64,000 bases of DNA from Isurus oxyrinchus (Eukaryota), in the NCBI GenBank assembly GCA_026770705.1, contig JANJGN010000035.1, forward strand, positions 14,198,001 through 14,262,000. The letters are read 5' to 3'. A model generated the notes under the pieces. It saw only the letters and a list, made by a program, of their open reading frames with translations. It was not told the origin of the DNA and searched no databases. Positions 63,816 to 64,000 of the stretch are shown piece by piece. Within the stretch, counting starts at the first letter, position 1. Each line of letters starts with the position of its first letter. The position numbers and the translations under genes were made by a program.

Positions 63816-64000
63816 ATGGAACAAGAAACGTCGTAAAATCTTGTTATATCTCTCATTTTGTAGGAGAGAGCTTGCTTGCTGCTGAAAAAAGAGACTTGTC
63901 AAAGCTATTCATCTTGCGCTCATCAAGCTAGTTGGTTGTCTTGTGAAGTGAACTGAGGAGTGCAGGATGAAAAGCTTCAAGATGTCTCATTTTTCAGCAA

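Larger units (their letters stand above)
39578..64000 (+). pseudogene. Decayed giant LRR-SRCR mosaic gene, unit B
   Basis: Paralogous remnants, e.g. NNLTSIPKSLLSSLS (40187), SRNH-LFELPVG (~42290), IALDLNYNEL (49232), AFKTLRS (~51541). Confidence 0.72.
40030..64000 (+). repeat. Segmental tandem duplication, copy B (runs off window end)
   Basis: Same order of pseudo-exons, CR1/SINE/Penelope insertions, tRNA-Lys and both minisatellites as 26-20600. Confidence 0.95.

Overview
Eukaryotic, repeat-rich DNA with no intact protein-coding ORF. The repeat complement (CR1 LINE 3' ends, Deu-domain SINEs, tRNA-head SINEs, Penelope terminal repeats, Tx1 and Rex1 fragments) looks like an elasmobranch (shark) genome; this is an inference. 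The window holds about 1.6 units of a ~40-43 kb diverged tandem segmental duplication: ~26-20,600 re-occurs colinearly at ~40,030-64,000, roughly 65-75% identical by eye. Between the transposon fossils, the + strand translates (manually, across stops and frameshifts) into dozens of 24-aa-type leucine-rich repeats, an LRR C-cap, three SRCR domains, a CUB domain and a possible LDL-A module. These are the remains of a very large LRR-SRCR-CUB mosaic gene that was already dead when the unit duplicated. Each unit also carries a degenerate tRNA-Lys(UUU), a 37-bp minisatellite and a 43-bp minisatellite made from a SINE tRNA head. All domain calls are by eye with no HMM search, and repeat and remnant boundaries are approximate.
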